From the NCBI GenBank assembly GCA_030704615.1, contig CM060733.1:49290001-49354000 (forward strand): a DNA stretch of 64,000 bases, in the 5' to 3' direction. The notes beneath the pieces were generated by a model. That model saw nothing but the letters and a program-made list of their open reading frames with translations, was not told the origin of the DNA and did no database searches. Positions 37,170 through 49,257 of this stretch are shown here, one piece after another; within the stretch, counting starts at the first letter, position 1, and every line of letters begins with the position of its first letter. A program made the position numbers and the translations under genes. Source of the DNA: Takakia lepidozioides. Its lineage: Eukaryota; Plantae; Bryophyta.

Positions 37170-40100
37170 ATGAGTGATGAAAGAGAAGCTAGACTCTAGA
37201 GATATTCAGCAAAAAGAGAAAGCTATCTGAAAGCTAATTATCCATATCTTTGGGAGAGAGGAATCATCTGGACCTCTCACACCATTAAGATCAGAGAGTA
37301 CATCACCCATACCGGAAGAACTAGAGTTGGATGCCACTCATTTTTCTTTGCAAGAAAGATTAAGGGAATTGGTACGGGAAGAAGATCAATCACGAGGTGA
37401 AAGATCTGAGGTACATCCCTGGATAAAAGATTTGACAGAAATCTTTGATAAGAGTTGGCATGGAACACCAAAAGCAGGAACTCCAGTTTCTGAAGCGGAA
37501 GGTGAAGAAGGAGGAGAGGATGTGGCAGAGCCAACGGAGAGTTCAGACTCTCCAACACCATTGCAGTTGAGTTACATGAGTGAAGAAGAAACCCAAGGGC
37601 AGAACTTGGAGGATGAAAACAGAGAGAAGAAATTGGAAGAGAAAGAGTATGAAGAAGTAGACCCAACAGCTGAGGTTGAGACTACAACCAGGACATCCCA
37701 ACCCGTTGGACCTGGATCAAGTGGAGCACTTGGATCACAGGCCAACGAAGGTGTCGGCTCAGGGGGATCAGGCGGGCTGCCTGGATCTGGCTCTGGGGGG
37801 ACAGGGAGTGTGGGAAGTAGTGCAACTGAAGCTGGGAATACTGTGAATATCGTGGGGCCAGTAGCAAGGAGTACTCAAGGGCCACCACTTGGTGGAAGAT
37901 CCACCACAACAAAAACAGGTCCAGAAGGACCAGCACCAGCAAGGGTGCCAGCACCTGTCAGTGGGCAGAAGGTAGGGCCACAGATGGCGTTACAACCAAC
38001 ACGGGCAAAACCACCTTTTCCAATATATTCAGGAAAAAAGGATCCCAATGTACACATTAGCCAATTTGAGCACATGTGTATAGTGAACAATGAGAATGAC
38101 GATGATGCCAAGATGAGATTGTTTCCTTGTTCACTTATCAAGAAAGCAAGTGAATGGTATGCAAGATTCCCTGATAATCATTTCCTAACCTGGAATGGCT
38201 TGAATACAGCATTCCGAAATAGGTTCAGGACAAGTAAAACTGAGGATGAAGTGTATGGAAGTTTACAACAGTTAAAGCAAAAGAAGCATGAAACTGTTGA
38301 GGAGTATATGGAAAAGATAGAATTGATGATGAAAAAGCTGGCTGCAGTACCAGCACCAGGTTTATAGAAGACTTGGTTTGTGAGTGGACTAAGACCAGAG
38401 TTGCAAAAGAAAGTGGATATGTTACCCCATAATACAGTGGAGGAGGCATTTGAAACTGCAAACAGAATTGAGCAATTGGGAATGCTCAGGAGAGAGAAAA
38501 GGGATGATGAGGACTCTGAGGATGAGTCAGATGAAGAAGAAGAGCAAGAACTAAAAAGGAAGAGTAAGAGAAAGGAGAAGTTGAAGAGGGATAACTATGA
38601 GAAAAGATTGGAAGAAATCTTGAAGAAGTATGCCACAGAGGCTGCAACACATTGGAGGAAGGGTGTATGGTGTGCAAAGTGCCAGAATGAAGGCCATACC
38701 ACCACAGAATGCCACATGAAGGAGAAACACTGTACTATCTGTAAAATGGATAACCATTATACTGAGAATTGTTACTACAACAGAAGGACAGCTGCAAGAG
38801 AACCTAGGCAAGTAAGGGTGCATCAGGTGCAGCCCCAGCCAAGAAGAAACAATGATCAGGACCACTATGGTAGGTCTGGTGGTTATAACAATGGCATGGA
38901 AGGGAGAGGTAATTCAAGAGGAAATTACCAAGGAAATTCCAGAGGCAGCTATCAGGGTAATCCAAGGGGGAATTACCAGCCCGGGAATCAGGATTACAGA
39001 AATAATCCAAGAGCAGACCAAGGGCGAGGACCCAATGGTGAAGAACTATGTTACTATTGTAATCAGCCAGGACATCGCAAGGCAGCCTGTTCATTCTGGA
39101 TTAGACACCAGAATGAGATGAGAGCTCCTGTGAATGGGGGCCCAGTGGTGGCAGCTCACATGGTTAGGCCATGTGTTGTACCAGAAGTAAGTACAATGAT
39201 AGTAACAAGAAGCAAAGCCAAACTAATACCTCCAGTAGTTGAGGAAGAGGATGATAATGAAGGTGGCAGTGATATGCCTGAAGATGATGAGGCTTGGAGA
39301 GATGAGAAGGAACTGCACAAGGAAGTGGCAAATACCATAAGGGAAATGCAAAAGAGTACTGATATTCCTGTGGCAGATTCCTCTGATTCTGATGGAGAAG
39401 AAGTGGGTGAGGATGAAAGGAAGAAAGAAGATGCAGACATGCAAAATAATGAAAAGACTTTGGCTGAAGTAATATGCCAGACCAAAGCAGAGATTACCAT
39501 TGGACAGCTATTGACTGTGGCACCTTATTGTAGGTACAGGCTGTATCAAGCAATCAATCGAATTGCCCAGGAGACAGGAAACACAGACCTGAACAGCAAG
39601 GTGACCAGTTATAATGTGAAGCCGGAAGGGCGAGAAACAGTCATGGACTTTGATGATTCTATGCCAGTAATCCAATTGAGAATTGGAAGCACAGAACTAA
39701 CTGATGTACTTATAGATGGAGGTTCTGGAGTAAATATCATGACAGACCAATTAAGAAAGAAGCTTGGCCTAAGTAACATGAAACCAGCCCCATTTACAGT
39801 AACAATGGCAGATCAAAGAAGTGTACAGCCATTGGGATTAATAAGAGGAGTTAAGATACAGATACAGAAGATGATCTTTATGATCACAGTAACTGTGTTG
39901 AAGATGGATGAAGTCATGGAGGCTTACTCCTTATTATTGGGACCTCCGTGGCTGAAACAGGCCAGGGTATTCCATGACAGGAACGCTCAGTTACTAACCG
40001 TGCATAATGGATACACGAGATACAAATTACCACAAAGAAATCTAGTAGATTACCTGCTACGAGAAGACCTCGAGGAGTCAGAGAGTATGACTGGAGAGGA

Positions 40101-43100
40101 GGACTGGATGAGGAGTAGGAAGCTACCGTGTTTGCTGCACACCGAGAGTGGGAGCAGGTTGCAGAGATGCGGCTGGAAGGCCTAAGTTGTTTAAGGGGTA
40201 TCTGCTGTGGTGTAGTGTCAACAACACCGATTGAAGAGGAAACCAGCAGTTACCCATCACATTTCTATGAAGAAATGGAAATCCTAGAGGAACCAGCTAC
40301 TGTGAGTTTACAGGATGAAGTGGTGACTGGTTGGACAATCACAGCTGATGAGCAAGTGAGGGAAGTTAATGTGGGAACTAAAGAGGTACCGAGGATGGTG
40401 AAGGTAGGAGCTGATTTGGAGCCAGAATTCTTTGAAGAAGCTAAGAGTTTGTTCATCAAATACAGAGATGTATTTGCTTGGAGCTATGAGGATTTAAAAG
40501 GGATACCACCTGAAATCTGTCAGCATAAGATTGAACTGGAACCGGGGTCAGTATCAATCAAGCAGGCAAGGTACAGAATGAATCCCAACTACGTACAGAG
40601 GGTTGGAGAAGAGATCAAGAAGTTGGCTGAGGCTAAGTTTATATACCCAATAGAGTATACAACTTGGTTGTCACCCATTGTGATAGTTCCCAAGAAGAAT
40701 GGTAAAGTAAGAGTTTGTGTGAACTACAAGAAGCTGAATGCTTGTACGAAGAAAGATCCTTTCCCTTTGCCATTCACAGAAGCAGTATTAGACACTGTGG
40801 CAGGCCATGAGATGTACTCATTCATGGACCTTCAGTGGTTATAATCAAGTGCAAGTGGCAGAAGAAGACCAAGGAAAAACAGCTTTCATCACAGACTGGG
40901 GTGCTTATGCATACAAAGTCATGCCCTTTGGACTTTGTAATGCACCAGCGACCTTTCAGAGAGTGATAAGTGAATCTTTTCATGAGTATCTGGATGATTT
41001 CATGCAGGTATTCTTGGATGATTTCAGTGTGTACAGCTCTAAGAATGAGCACTTGCATAAATTGGAGTTATGTCTGGCCAGATGCAGGATAAGAGGTCTG
41101 GGACTGAATCCAGAGAAGTGTACTTTCTGTGTGAACTCAGGGGTGCTTCTGGGACACATTGTGTGTAAGAGGGGACTTCTTGTGGATCCCAGGAAAACAG
41201 AGGCCATTAAAGCCTCTCCACCACCAGTGAATGTTAAGAGTCTAAGAAGATTCATTGGACAAACAAGCTATTACAGAAGATTTGTCAGACGGTATGCACA
41301 GATAGCAGCACCATTGAGCAAACTTCTGAAGAAAGATGCAGTGTTTGCATGGACACCTGAATGTCAACAGGCTTTTGAGGAACTTACATTGTCAGTAACA
41401 ACAACACCTGTGCTGATTAGTCCTCACTGGCAGGAAATATTTCATGTTCAATGTGATGCTTCTGGAGAAGCAGAGGAGCAGTGTTAGCCCAAAATGTAAC
41501 AGGAAGGATAGATTCACCTGTGTACTATGCTAGCCGATTGATGAACAATGCCGAAAGAAACTATAGCACAACGGAAAGAGAAGCATTGGCAATGATCTAT
41601 GCAGTGAAGAAATTCAGGCATTACCTGTTGGGCAAGAAGTTTATGTTTTATGTGGATCACCAGGCTCTGATATACCTGGTAAACAAACCTCTGATAAGCG
41701 GAAGAATAGCAAGATGGTTGATAATCTTGCACGAGTTTGAGTTCGAGGTTGTTTACAAGCCTGGGAGACTGCATCTTGTGGCGGATCACTTGTCACGGTT
41801 ATCAACAGGAGAACCAGCCACAGGAGTAGATGATCAATTACGAGATGCGAGTCTATTTGCAGTGGAGGTGCATGGTGGGCACTGACCATGAGCAAGGTAG
41901 TATCTGATTGGCCACTGCCAATCTAACCAGTCATCTACACTTCTCTTGTCAGAGTTGTGATGAATGTCAGAGGCTAGGACCTTTGCAGAGATCTGGGAAA
42001 ATGGCTTTGCATCCTACAATGCCTACGGAACCATTTCAGAAATGGGGACTAGACTTTGTTGGACCAATTAACCCACCAGCCAAGAATACACAGAACAGGT
42101 ACATAATTACAGCCACTGATTATACTACGAAGTGGGTGGAAGCTAAAGCTTTGAGGGACAACAGAACCAAGTCCACAACAAGGTTTCTGTATGAGAACAT
42201 ACTTACACGATTTGGCTGTCCCTTGGAATTTATCAGTGATCAGGGAAGTCACTTCATTAATGAGACCATTGAATTATTGACTAAAGAGTTCATGATTGTG
42301 CATAGGAAGAGTACAACATATTACCCACAGGGTAATGGGCAGGCAGAGGCTACCAACAAAATACTATGTACTATCTTGACTAAGATAGTCAATGCAAACA
42401 AACGGATTGGGATACAAAGCTGCTGACAGCTTTGTGGTCATACAGGACTTCATATAAAGTCACCACTAAGTATACACCATTCCAATTAGTTTATGGTATG
42501 GAAGCTTTACTTCCAGTGGAATTCCTGTTACCTACCATGAGAACGGAATGGGGAAGAGAATGGAATTGCAGATTCCATTAAGGTCAGGAACATGAATTAT
42601 ACCATGTGGAAGAAGTACGTGCTGATGCAACTGATAATATGACCAGAATTCAGAAGGAACAGTTTAATGAAGGCAATTAAAAACTTTTAGGACGGGAGAT
42701 TTGGTTCTATGGTTACAGAAGAAGGGAAAGATTAAAGCTTCTAAGCTTAAATCACCATGGAAAGGACCTTATGTCATACAAAAGATGTATGATAACAACA
42801 CCGCCATGTTACAAACCATTAACAAAGAAATGCTGGGAAGAGTCAATGCCAATAAGTTGAAGGGATACAGTGGTATCCATGACAAACCATTACAGCATGA
42901 TTTGCATGTTGAAACGCAAAGGCCGTCACGGGTTGCGCCAGTGTTACCAACGGAATATGGAGCACTTGTCGCTAGGCCGAGCATATATGACCGGGGCGGG
43001 CAGAACAAGCGCGACACAGCCTATCACAACCCATCAAGGTGCGACACAACATATCACAACCTACCACAGCGTGTCACAGCCTATCACAGCTTACCACAAT

Positions 43101-44255
43101 GTATCACAGCCTATCACGGCATACCACAGTATGACACAGCCTGTCACAGCTTAACACAACCTACTAGGGTTACACAATCCATAGAATCAGCGACAGGTGG
43201 ACGCAGGATAACTTCAGGGAAATGGCCGGCGGAAGAAAGGACGGAAGTCAGTTTAGAAAGGGACACGTGGAAGTCAGGGCGTAACACACAGCTGAGAAGG
43301 AAGTGCAAGAACAGATCTCATCAAGAAAGAGGACAAGAATGGCCGTCAAAATACCTAATCAGCGCGTCAATTTGGATGAATGGCGGGCCCATTAATGAAT
43401 ACAGAAAAGGGGCAACAGAACAAACGAGAAGTACAGAAAAGCGAAATTCTTGTCACATGTGTTATCCTAGTGGACAGTCCAGCAGGGAAAGTCCACTAAA
43501 GAAAATTAAATCTAAAATCCAGTCACAGCGGTTACAGCCAATCGAAAGCCAGAGAAGGGATCAAGAAATTGGAGGGAAATTAAGCGCAAGAGTCGGCGTC
43601 GTTCTAAGTAACGGGCGTCGCGACGGGACAAACCATCAATGCGATAGCTTTGAAACTATGGAGGAACTAACAGACTATACGCTCGCAATATTACTTACGC
43701 AGTGGCATAGGGACGAAAGAACAGAACGGATCTTTTCTCTTGATCGATGCTTGCAAGCCCCGCAGGCTTACAAGAAATTACCCATAGCTTTTTGTGGCAA
43801 CCATACGTTTATGCTTTGTGCACTACAGGCATTTCTTCAATTGTTACAGCCAAAACATTTCTGTGGGTCTAGAATGAAGAGAGTGAGAGGAATGGAAGAA
43901 ATCAGGGTGAAGAGCACCACAATCCTGCAGAAACAAACGATTGTTATTCCACAGGCGGTGAAGTTACTGAAAGAGCTGCGATTGGAAGGATTGCAAAGCA
44001 AAGATTGGACATTGCACCATAGACAGTACATGTTACAATTCTTGCAGAACTTTGAGCCAAGGACAGGAGCAACAACGGTGAAGGGAGTTGAATTACTAAT
44101 TACTCCCCTATACCTACAGAATTGTTTCGATTGCCAGCAGGTCAGGTGCATGTGGAGGAGCACAGGGCAAGACTGCAAATAGGGGACTTATTCCAAGAAG
44201 GGAGTTTCTTTAAAACTCAGGGTTATGCTTGTACCAAGGCCGTGTACCCAGAGCT
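37170..44255 (+). pseudogene. gag-pol: A3 gag-pol continuing into the extra 3' ORF; stops, frameshifts, inversion-deletion in integrase
   Basis: ORFs 37327-38367, 38380-40185, 40128-40844, 40807-41487, 41481-41885, 41908-42426 and 42701-44182 carry the same motifs as A2. Confidence 0.93.
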
Positions 44256-44640
44256 AAGAGAGGGTTTCTGGCACGTATCGATTTTGATTTTGGCTCAATT
44301 TTGTTCAGCGGCTTCCAGCATCCCACCACTACTCCCCCGCCTCCTTTGCAATGGTTTGGCACCCAAAGTCAAAATTTATAGAATGTATATAAACTGTTCA
44401 TTGCATAGTCTGTTCATTGCGGTATTGCAGTCATTGCTCCTTCAGGTTTTGACCTCATCCAACATTGGCTGTTCTGGTCCTAGCACATACACCCATCTCA
44501 TCAAGACGTTCAATCAGCAGGTGATGCAGGCTTGAGTATATGAAGGGCCAAAATGTTGGTATGCTGTGGGAAACTCTAAAAGCTTTGGGAATGAAGCATG
44601 AGTATGTTATAAACGTAAAGGCTGGTGTGGTGTGTTGCAG

Positions 44641-45117
44641 CATGTCGGGTCAAGACATTCATGACGTGTGCCAACAAGCCGAGCGGCGCTGGGCTTCCGA
44701 GGTTTGTACCTTTAGTGAAATGCTGAATGATTGCAGAATTTTCTAGATTCACCAAAGAGACTTACAGATAAATTTTCCGGTGAGACTCATCGGCTACTGT
44801 GATTAATATCAATAGATAGCTCACAACAGGAAACTCAGTACTTGGTTCATTACTAACAGTAGCTTGCAGTATGAGGCTCGATGGGGTTCCATCTGTTGCT
44901 AAGAGTGCTGTCATTACTTCCATATGTGCAGCTTATTAGAGGCCTTGCACGCACCCTACCAACACATGGCCTTCTTCCAATCCAAGAGTACATTGACTGT
45001 GCTGACCAAAGGCGGCAGACCATCATTAGCTGGACTCACAGCAATGGAGACTATTTTCGCGTGGGTCAAGTTATACATGAGGCCAGGAGAGGTTCTGGCT
45101 ACCGAGCCTTTGGCTAG
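44641..45117 (+). pseudogene. Last two exons of an AAA+ ATPase gene (At4g04180-like)
   Basis: AG-44641..44701-GT encodes MSGQDIHDVCQQAERRWASE. AG-44932..45117 encodes LIRG..LLPIQEYIDCADQRR. Together they resemble MSGRDIRDVCQ.AER.WASKLIR..LPPIQEY. Splice phases are compatible. Upstream exons not found. Confidence 0.72.
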
Positions 45118-45775
45118 TGCTAGAAAGGTCTCAGCTGGAAAACAATGGAATCGTTACCTGCAGGACAAGAATTAGGTGTAAGTTGGGTTGGTAGAATGGT
45201 CACAAGTGGATGGCCTGGAAAGAAATCTCATCTTTCCTCCAGATTTTGTTTACACTGTGATTTCACGTCTTAGTGAGTGTGTTCTGGAATGTTTGCTATT
45301 CACTGTGATGTGCATATTGGTCCCAGATTGATGTACATAATCTCTACTACCTGGACATTGAAGTAACTTCTGTGGCACCCTTTCAATACGGCACTGATCT
45401 TTCAGTCAGGTTCCTGCATTTTACAAAGAGAAGTTAAGCCAATGTGGTACTCCACTACAAGCAGAACACAGTTTCGAATTTTCTGATTGGCTGTATTCAA
45501 AACTCTGGAGGAACAACTTCAGCTGATATGCATGCTAACGTAGAAGCAAGTGCTGGTGAATGGAACCCAATCGCAAAAATGGCACAAATGGAACCCAATG
45601 GCAAGTTGGGTGGGTGAAAGTGTATGGATAATCCCAAGGAGGACATGCTTGCATTGTACACCTTATCATCTGCTAAATTCAGGGCTGATGTTTGAGACGG
45701 CTGAAGGATTTAGTAGGATGTTGTCGTCAGTTCGTAGCAAAGGTACTTTCCTTAAGGACACACAAACTTACAAAC

Positions 45776-46589
45776 CAGTGTTGTGCGGGTACCCGCTTAG
45801 GCGGGTTGGAACCGGTCGTTCCGGTTCTTGCGAACCAGTCCTAGAACCGGCGCCCAGGAACCGGAACCAGGGGAGCAGGGACGAGCCGGTTCCAGAACCG
45901 GAACAAGCGGGTACGGGTTTTTCCAGGAACCGGAACCGGGGTCAGTGGCGGTTCCGGATCCGGTTCCCGTACTAGGGTGTTTTTTTCTTCTTTATTTCTG
46001 TTTTGATTTTTTTTCCCTGCGATCTGTTGTCTCTCACCTCCAATCTACGCGATCTGCTGCAGTAGCGCGACTTCAGCGCGGGGGAGGGAGCAGTGCATAG
46101 CAGCGCGGGCCAGAGGGATCAGCGCACCAGCGCGTGGGGGAGGGAGCAGCGTAGCAGCGCGGGGCGAGGTAGCAGCATTTTTCTTTTTCTTTTTCTTTGG
46201 GGGTGTTTTGTTTGTCCTGGTTCTGTGGTCTCGCACCTCCCACCTGCGCGATGTGCTGCAGCAGCGTGGGGGAGGGAGCAACGCCTCAGCGCGTGGGGGA
46301 GGCCGAAGCGTAGGCAGCGGGGTTTTTTTTTGTTTGTTTGTTTATGTTTTCCACGTTGTATATGAATGTTGTTTCTTTTCAACATAGTCAAAATATTTGA
46401 TATAACTAATGGGGATTCACAAATCATTTTCAGATTTATAAAAAAAATGATCAAAAATTTAATATATATTTTTAAATTCATAAGAGGCGGTTCCGGTTCC
46501 GGGTATTTTTTGGGAAGGAACCGCCGGTTCCAGTTTCCGGTTCCGGTTCTCTATTTATACCAAGGAACCGGAACTGGCGTTGAACTCTA
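45776..46589. mobile_element. Probable non-autonomous DNA transposon (hAT-like) with GAACCGG subterminal repeats
   Basis: Dense GAACCGG/CCGGTTC at 45810-45970 and 46488-46575. Imperfect ends CAGTGTT / AACTCTA. No clear TSD. Confidence 0.5.
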
Positions 46590-47049
46590 GACCTAAAGGC
46601 CAAACGAAACTGGTTGTGACCATGAAACTGTTCATCCAAGGGACGTCATTCATTAGAAATATGGACATAACGACATAGCATTCTGGTGGCAACTGTCTCG
46701 ATCGAATTGGAAGCCTAATCGAAAGTATCGGTGCTAAAGCAGCTGAAACCTTTTGCGTAGTTCTGCCTTAGGAAGGCAGGGCCAACAAACAAGCTACCTT
46801 GATTCATATATTGAAAAACCAAATTTTTTTTTCCATGAAATTTATTGAATAGTAATATATCCAATCATTGGATCGGTGGCCCATGTGTGAAGAACTGAAA
46901 AAAACACTTGATTTCATATCTCCATTCATATATTGATGGGTTTCTATAGAATTCTTGGATTCTTTTGGGGCACATACCTAAGTTCTTGGACTACATAGTA
47001 CGTGAACATTCATAGTGTAGACTGTATCATTGAGCACATACTATACAAC

Positions 47050-47570
47050 ATGTTTGTTTCCAGCTTGGTGACGCTTAACAAATTAATTAAAAAACACCTA
47101 GGATGGGATGATTCGAGAACCTCGTCACTTGGTCACGTCATGCATTGCAAGTTGCTCAGAGAAAGAGGCCTACATGCATATATTGGAATGGTTGGATACT
47201 GCATGAAAGACAGGGACGAATCCAATGTTACAAGCGATGAAATCAACGAGGGTATGGAACAATACATTATGTACGGCACCTCAGTATGTCTCACCCATCA
47301 AAATATTGTACAGCAAGCTTAGATGCGGTCTAAATACAAGATGTACACTTATATGTCTTCTACGTTGCCATAGGTGTTACTAGATATAGGTGTTACTAGA
47401 TATGTTAAGATCTCGACAATTTTACCCGGCTACATGGTGGGTTGTTCCATTTCATAACAGTGGTATGGATTTATAAAGGTAAAATGCAATTTGGAAATAC
47501 ATGATCAAATCTAACTAGTTGCAAATGGTTGATGTGATGCGTATCTTCTACGATGTTTCTACACCATCTA
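47050..47570 (+). pseudogene. Replitron-like HUH transposase remnant
   Basis: SSLVTLNKLIKKHLGWD..HCKLL...GLHAYIGMVGYCMKD..NVT...G...Y..YG..VCLTHQNI. Beyond stops and a 16-bp duplication (47370-47401) it reads MLRSRQFYPATWWVVP..GMD..IWKYM. The HUH motif itself is absent. Confidence 0.7.
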
Positions 47571-49257
47571 CTCGTATACAGGAGTGCAGGCACACAAATA
47601 TTATGAATCGTTTGTAAAATTATGATGTTCATCCTGCTCCTGAACGCCCATTCGATCTTGCGCTTCTTCTTTGAGCAATTTTCAGGAGGTCGGCCATGAG
47701 CATAATCATGACCGCAGTCTCACATACGTCCAATACATATACCCATTGGGAGCAAGAGTCGGTTGTTGCACGAAGCATTTTAGATTCAACATCCATATGT
47801 TTTTTTTCTGTACATCCTACCAAAGCATGTCACATGGCCAGGAAAGCAAGAAACAACAGTCATGGGTGCTACCCTTGATGTAGTATCATTCCCGTGCTTG
47901 AGGGCATTCCCGTGCTTGAGGGCATTTCCGGGGGTGAGGCCATCCCATGACCTTAGTAGTACAACTTTATACTGCTGTGGCCATTTTCTATTTTATGTAT
48001 AGAAGCTCTGCTTCCTGGACTGTAGGTGCAACATGATTTTTTTTCCACAAATGCACAACAATCATCACAAAGCTAATGCAAACACGAATAAATACTGAAA
48101 ATACTACATACTAGATAATACATTTCAATGAGAGCAAATTGTGGAGCCAAATAAGCAGGACTACCCACTCGTGCAATATCAGCATGCTCGGCCGATTCTG
48201 CCAGCATAATCACACAATATATGCAGTCCAATCAGACATGCGCTCTAAACATTATAGAGCAACCACCTAGGTCTGATTGCACAAGGCAAGCACATCAGAT
48301 AAGCCCACACTGGCTCAGTACAAATGAGCTATTGAGTTTCCATTACTAACTCCTAGTTATTTAACTGTAGGTACCCCCCTTCCGTTCCACCCACACCAAA
48401 TTATTCGGCCCTTAGTAGGTCTGTTGGAGCCATGACACCTAACAATTTGTCAAGGTTGTAGTCATGGTTAATTATGTTAGATACTTCCAACCAATTACTG
48501 ATTAAAACATTTTGAACACTTCTATTTTGTGCTTTTTCTGTTAGCACTTCATTTGAACTCATATGCCACATGAGATATCAAGCCTCACTTGGGAGTTAAC
48601 CATAGGTTTTCCACTTGAGTAAGCTTCTCTTTGGCTCATTTTTCTTGTAATTGAGCACTGCAGCATGACTTTCGATGTAACTAAGCCAAGCATAACACAC
48701 TAGAAGGTCATGTCACAATGCTCAAGTACATGACGATGTGTATTGTGGCAAGATGCTTAGGTCCCCGACAAGTTGGATTAACTGGCCTGCTAACAGCTTC
48801 GGTCAGTCTTTTTCTTCTGCTTGTAGATGGAGAGCCGCCTCACCCTGCCAAGCACATCTCAATGTTGATGTTGGCTGTGATTAATTCTTGTAGTGTTGTA
48901 ATACCCAGGGCTCAGAAAGAGTAGGTCAGCGATGATAAAAAAAAAAAAGAGCCAACACTCGCATATAGCCAGATTGAATTTCCATGGCTAACAATTTGTT
49001 TTAATGATTTGTAGCACAAAGCGGCCAGAGTTCGGCTCACCAATAGAAGGTGCCATGAATGGAGCTGGAGAAGAAAGCTTCTGAAGCTCCACAAACCCAG
49101 GTCCAAAACTGCCCGTGATTGTGTTTTCCTGAACACGCCAAAAGAGCTGTAAAACTAGTAGTTCCCGCCACCAACAGCCAGGCCAAACTCTTCTGGGATG
49201 AAAGCTAACAAAAAGTGTACATCAGTATGTACCATGCCCTTCGATGTGTCCGTCTCA

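Larger units (their letters stand above)
35588..44255 (+). mobile_element. Family A copy 3, 3'-truncated (no 3' LTR)
   Basis: LTR 35588-36559, PBS, 5' ORF, gag-pol and the start of the extra 3' ORF. Similarity to A2 stops at ~44255. Confidence 0.92.
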
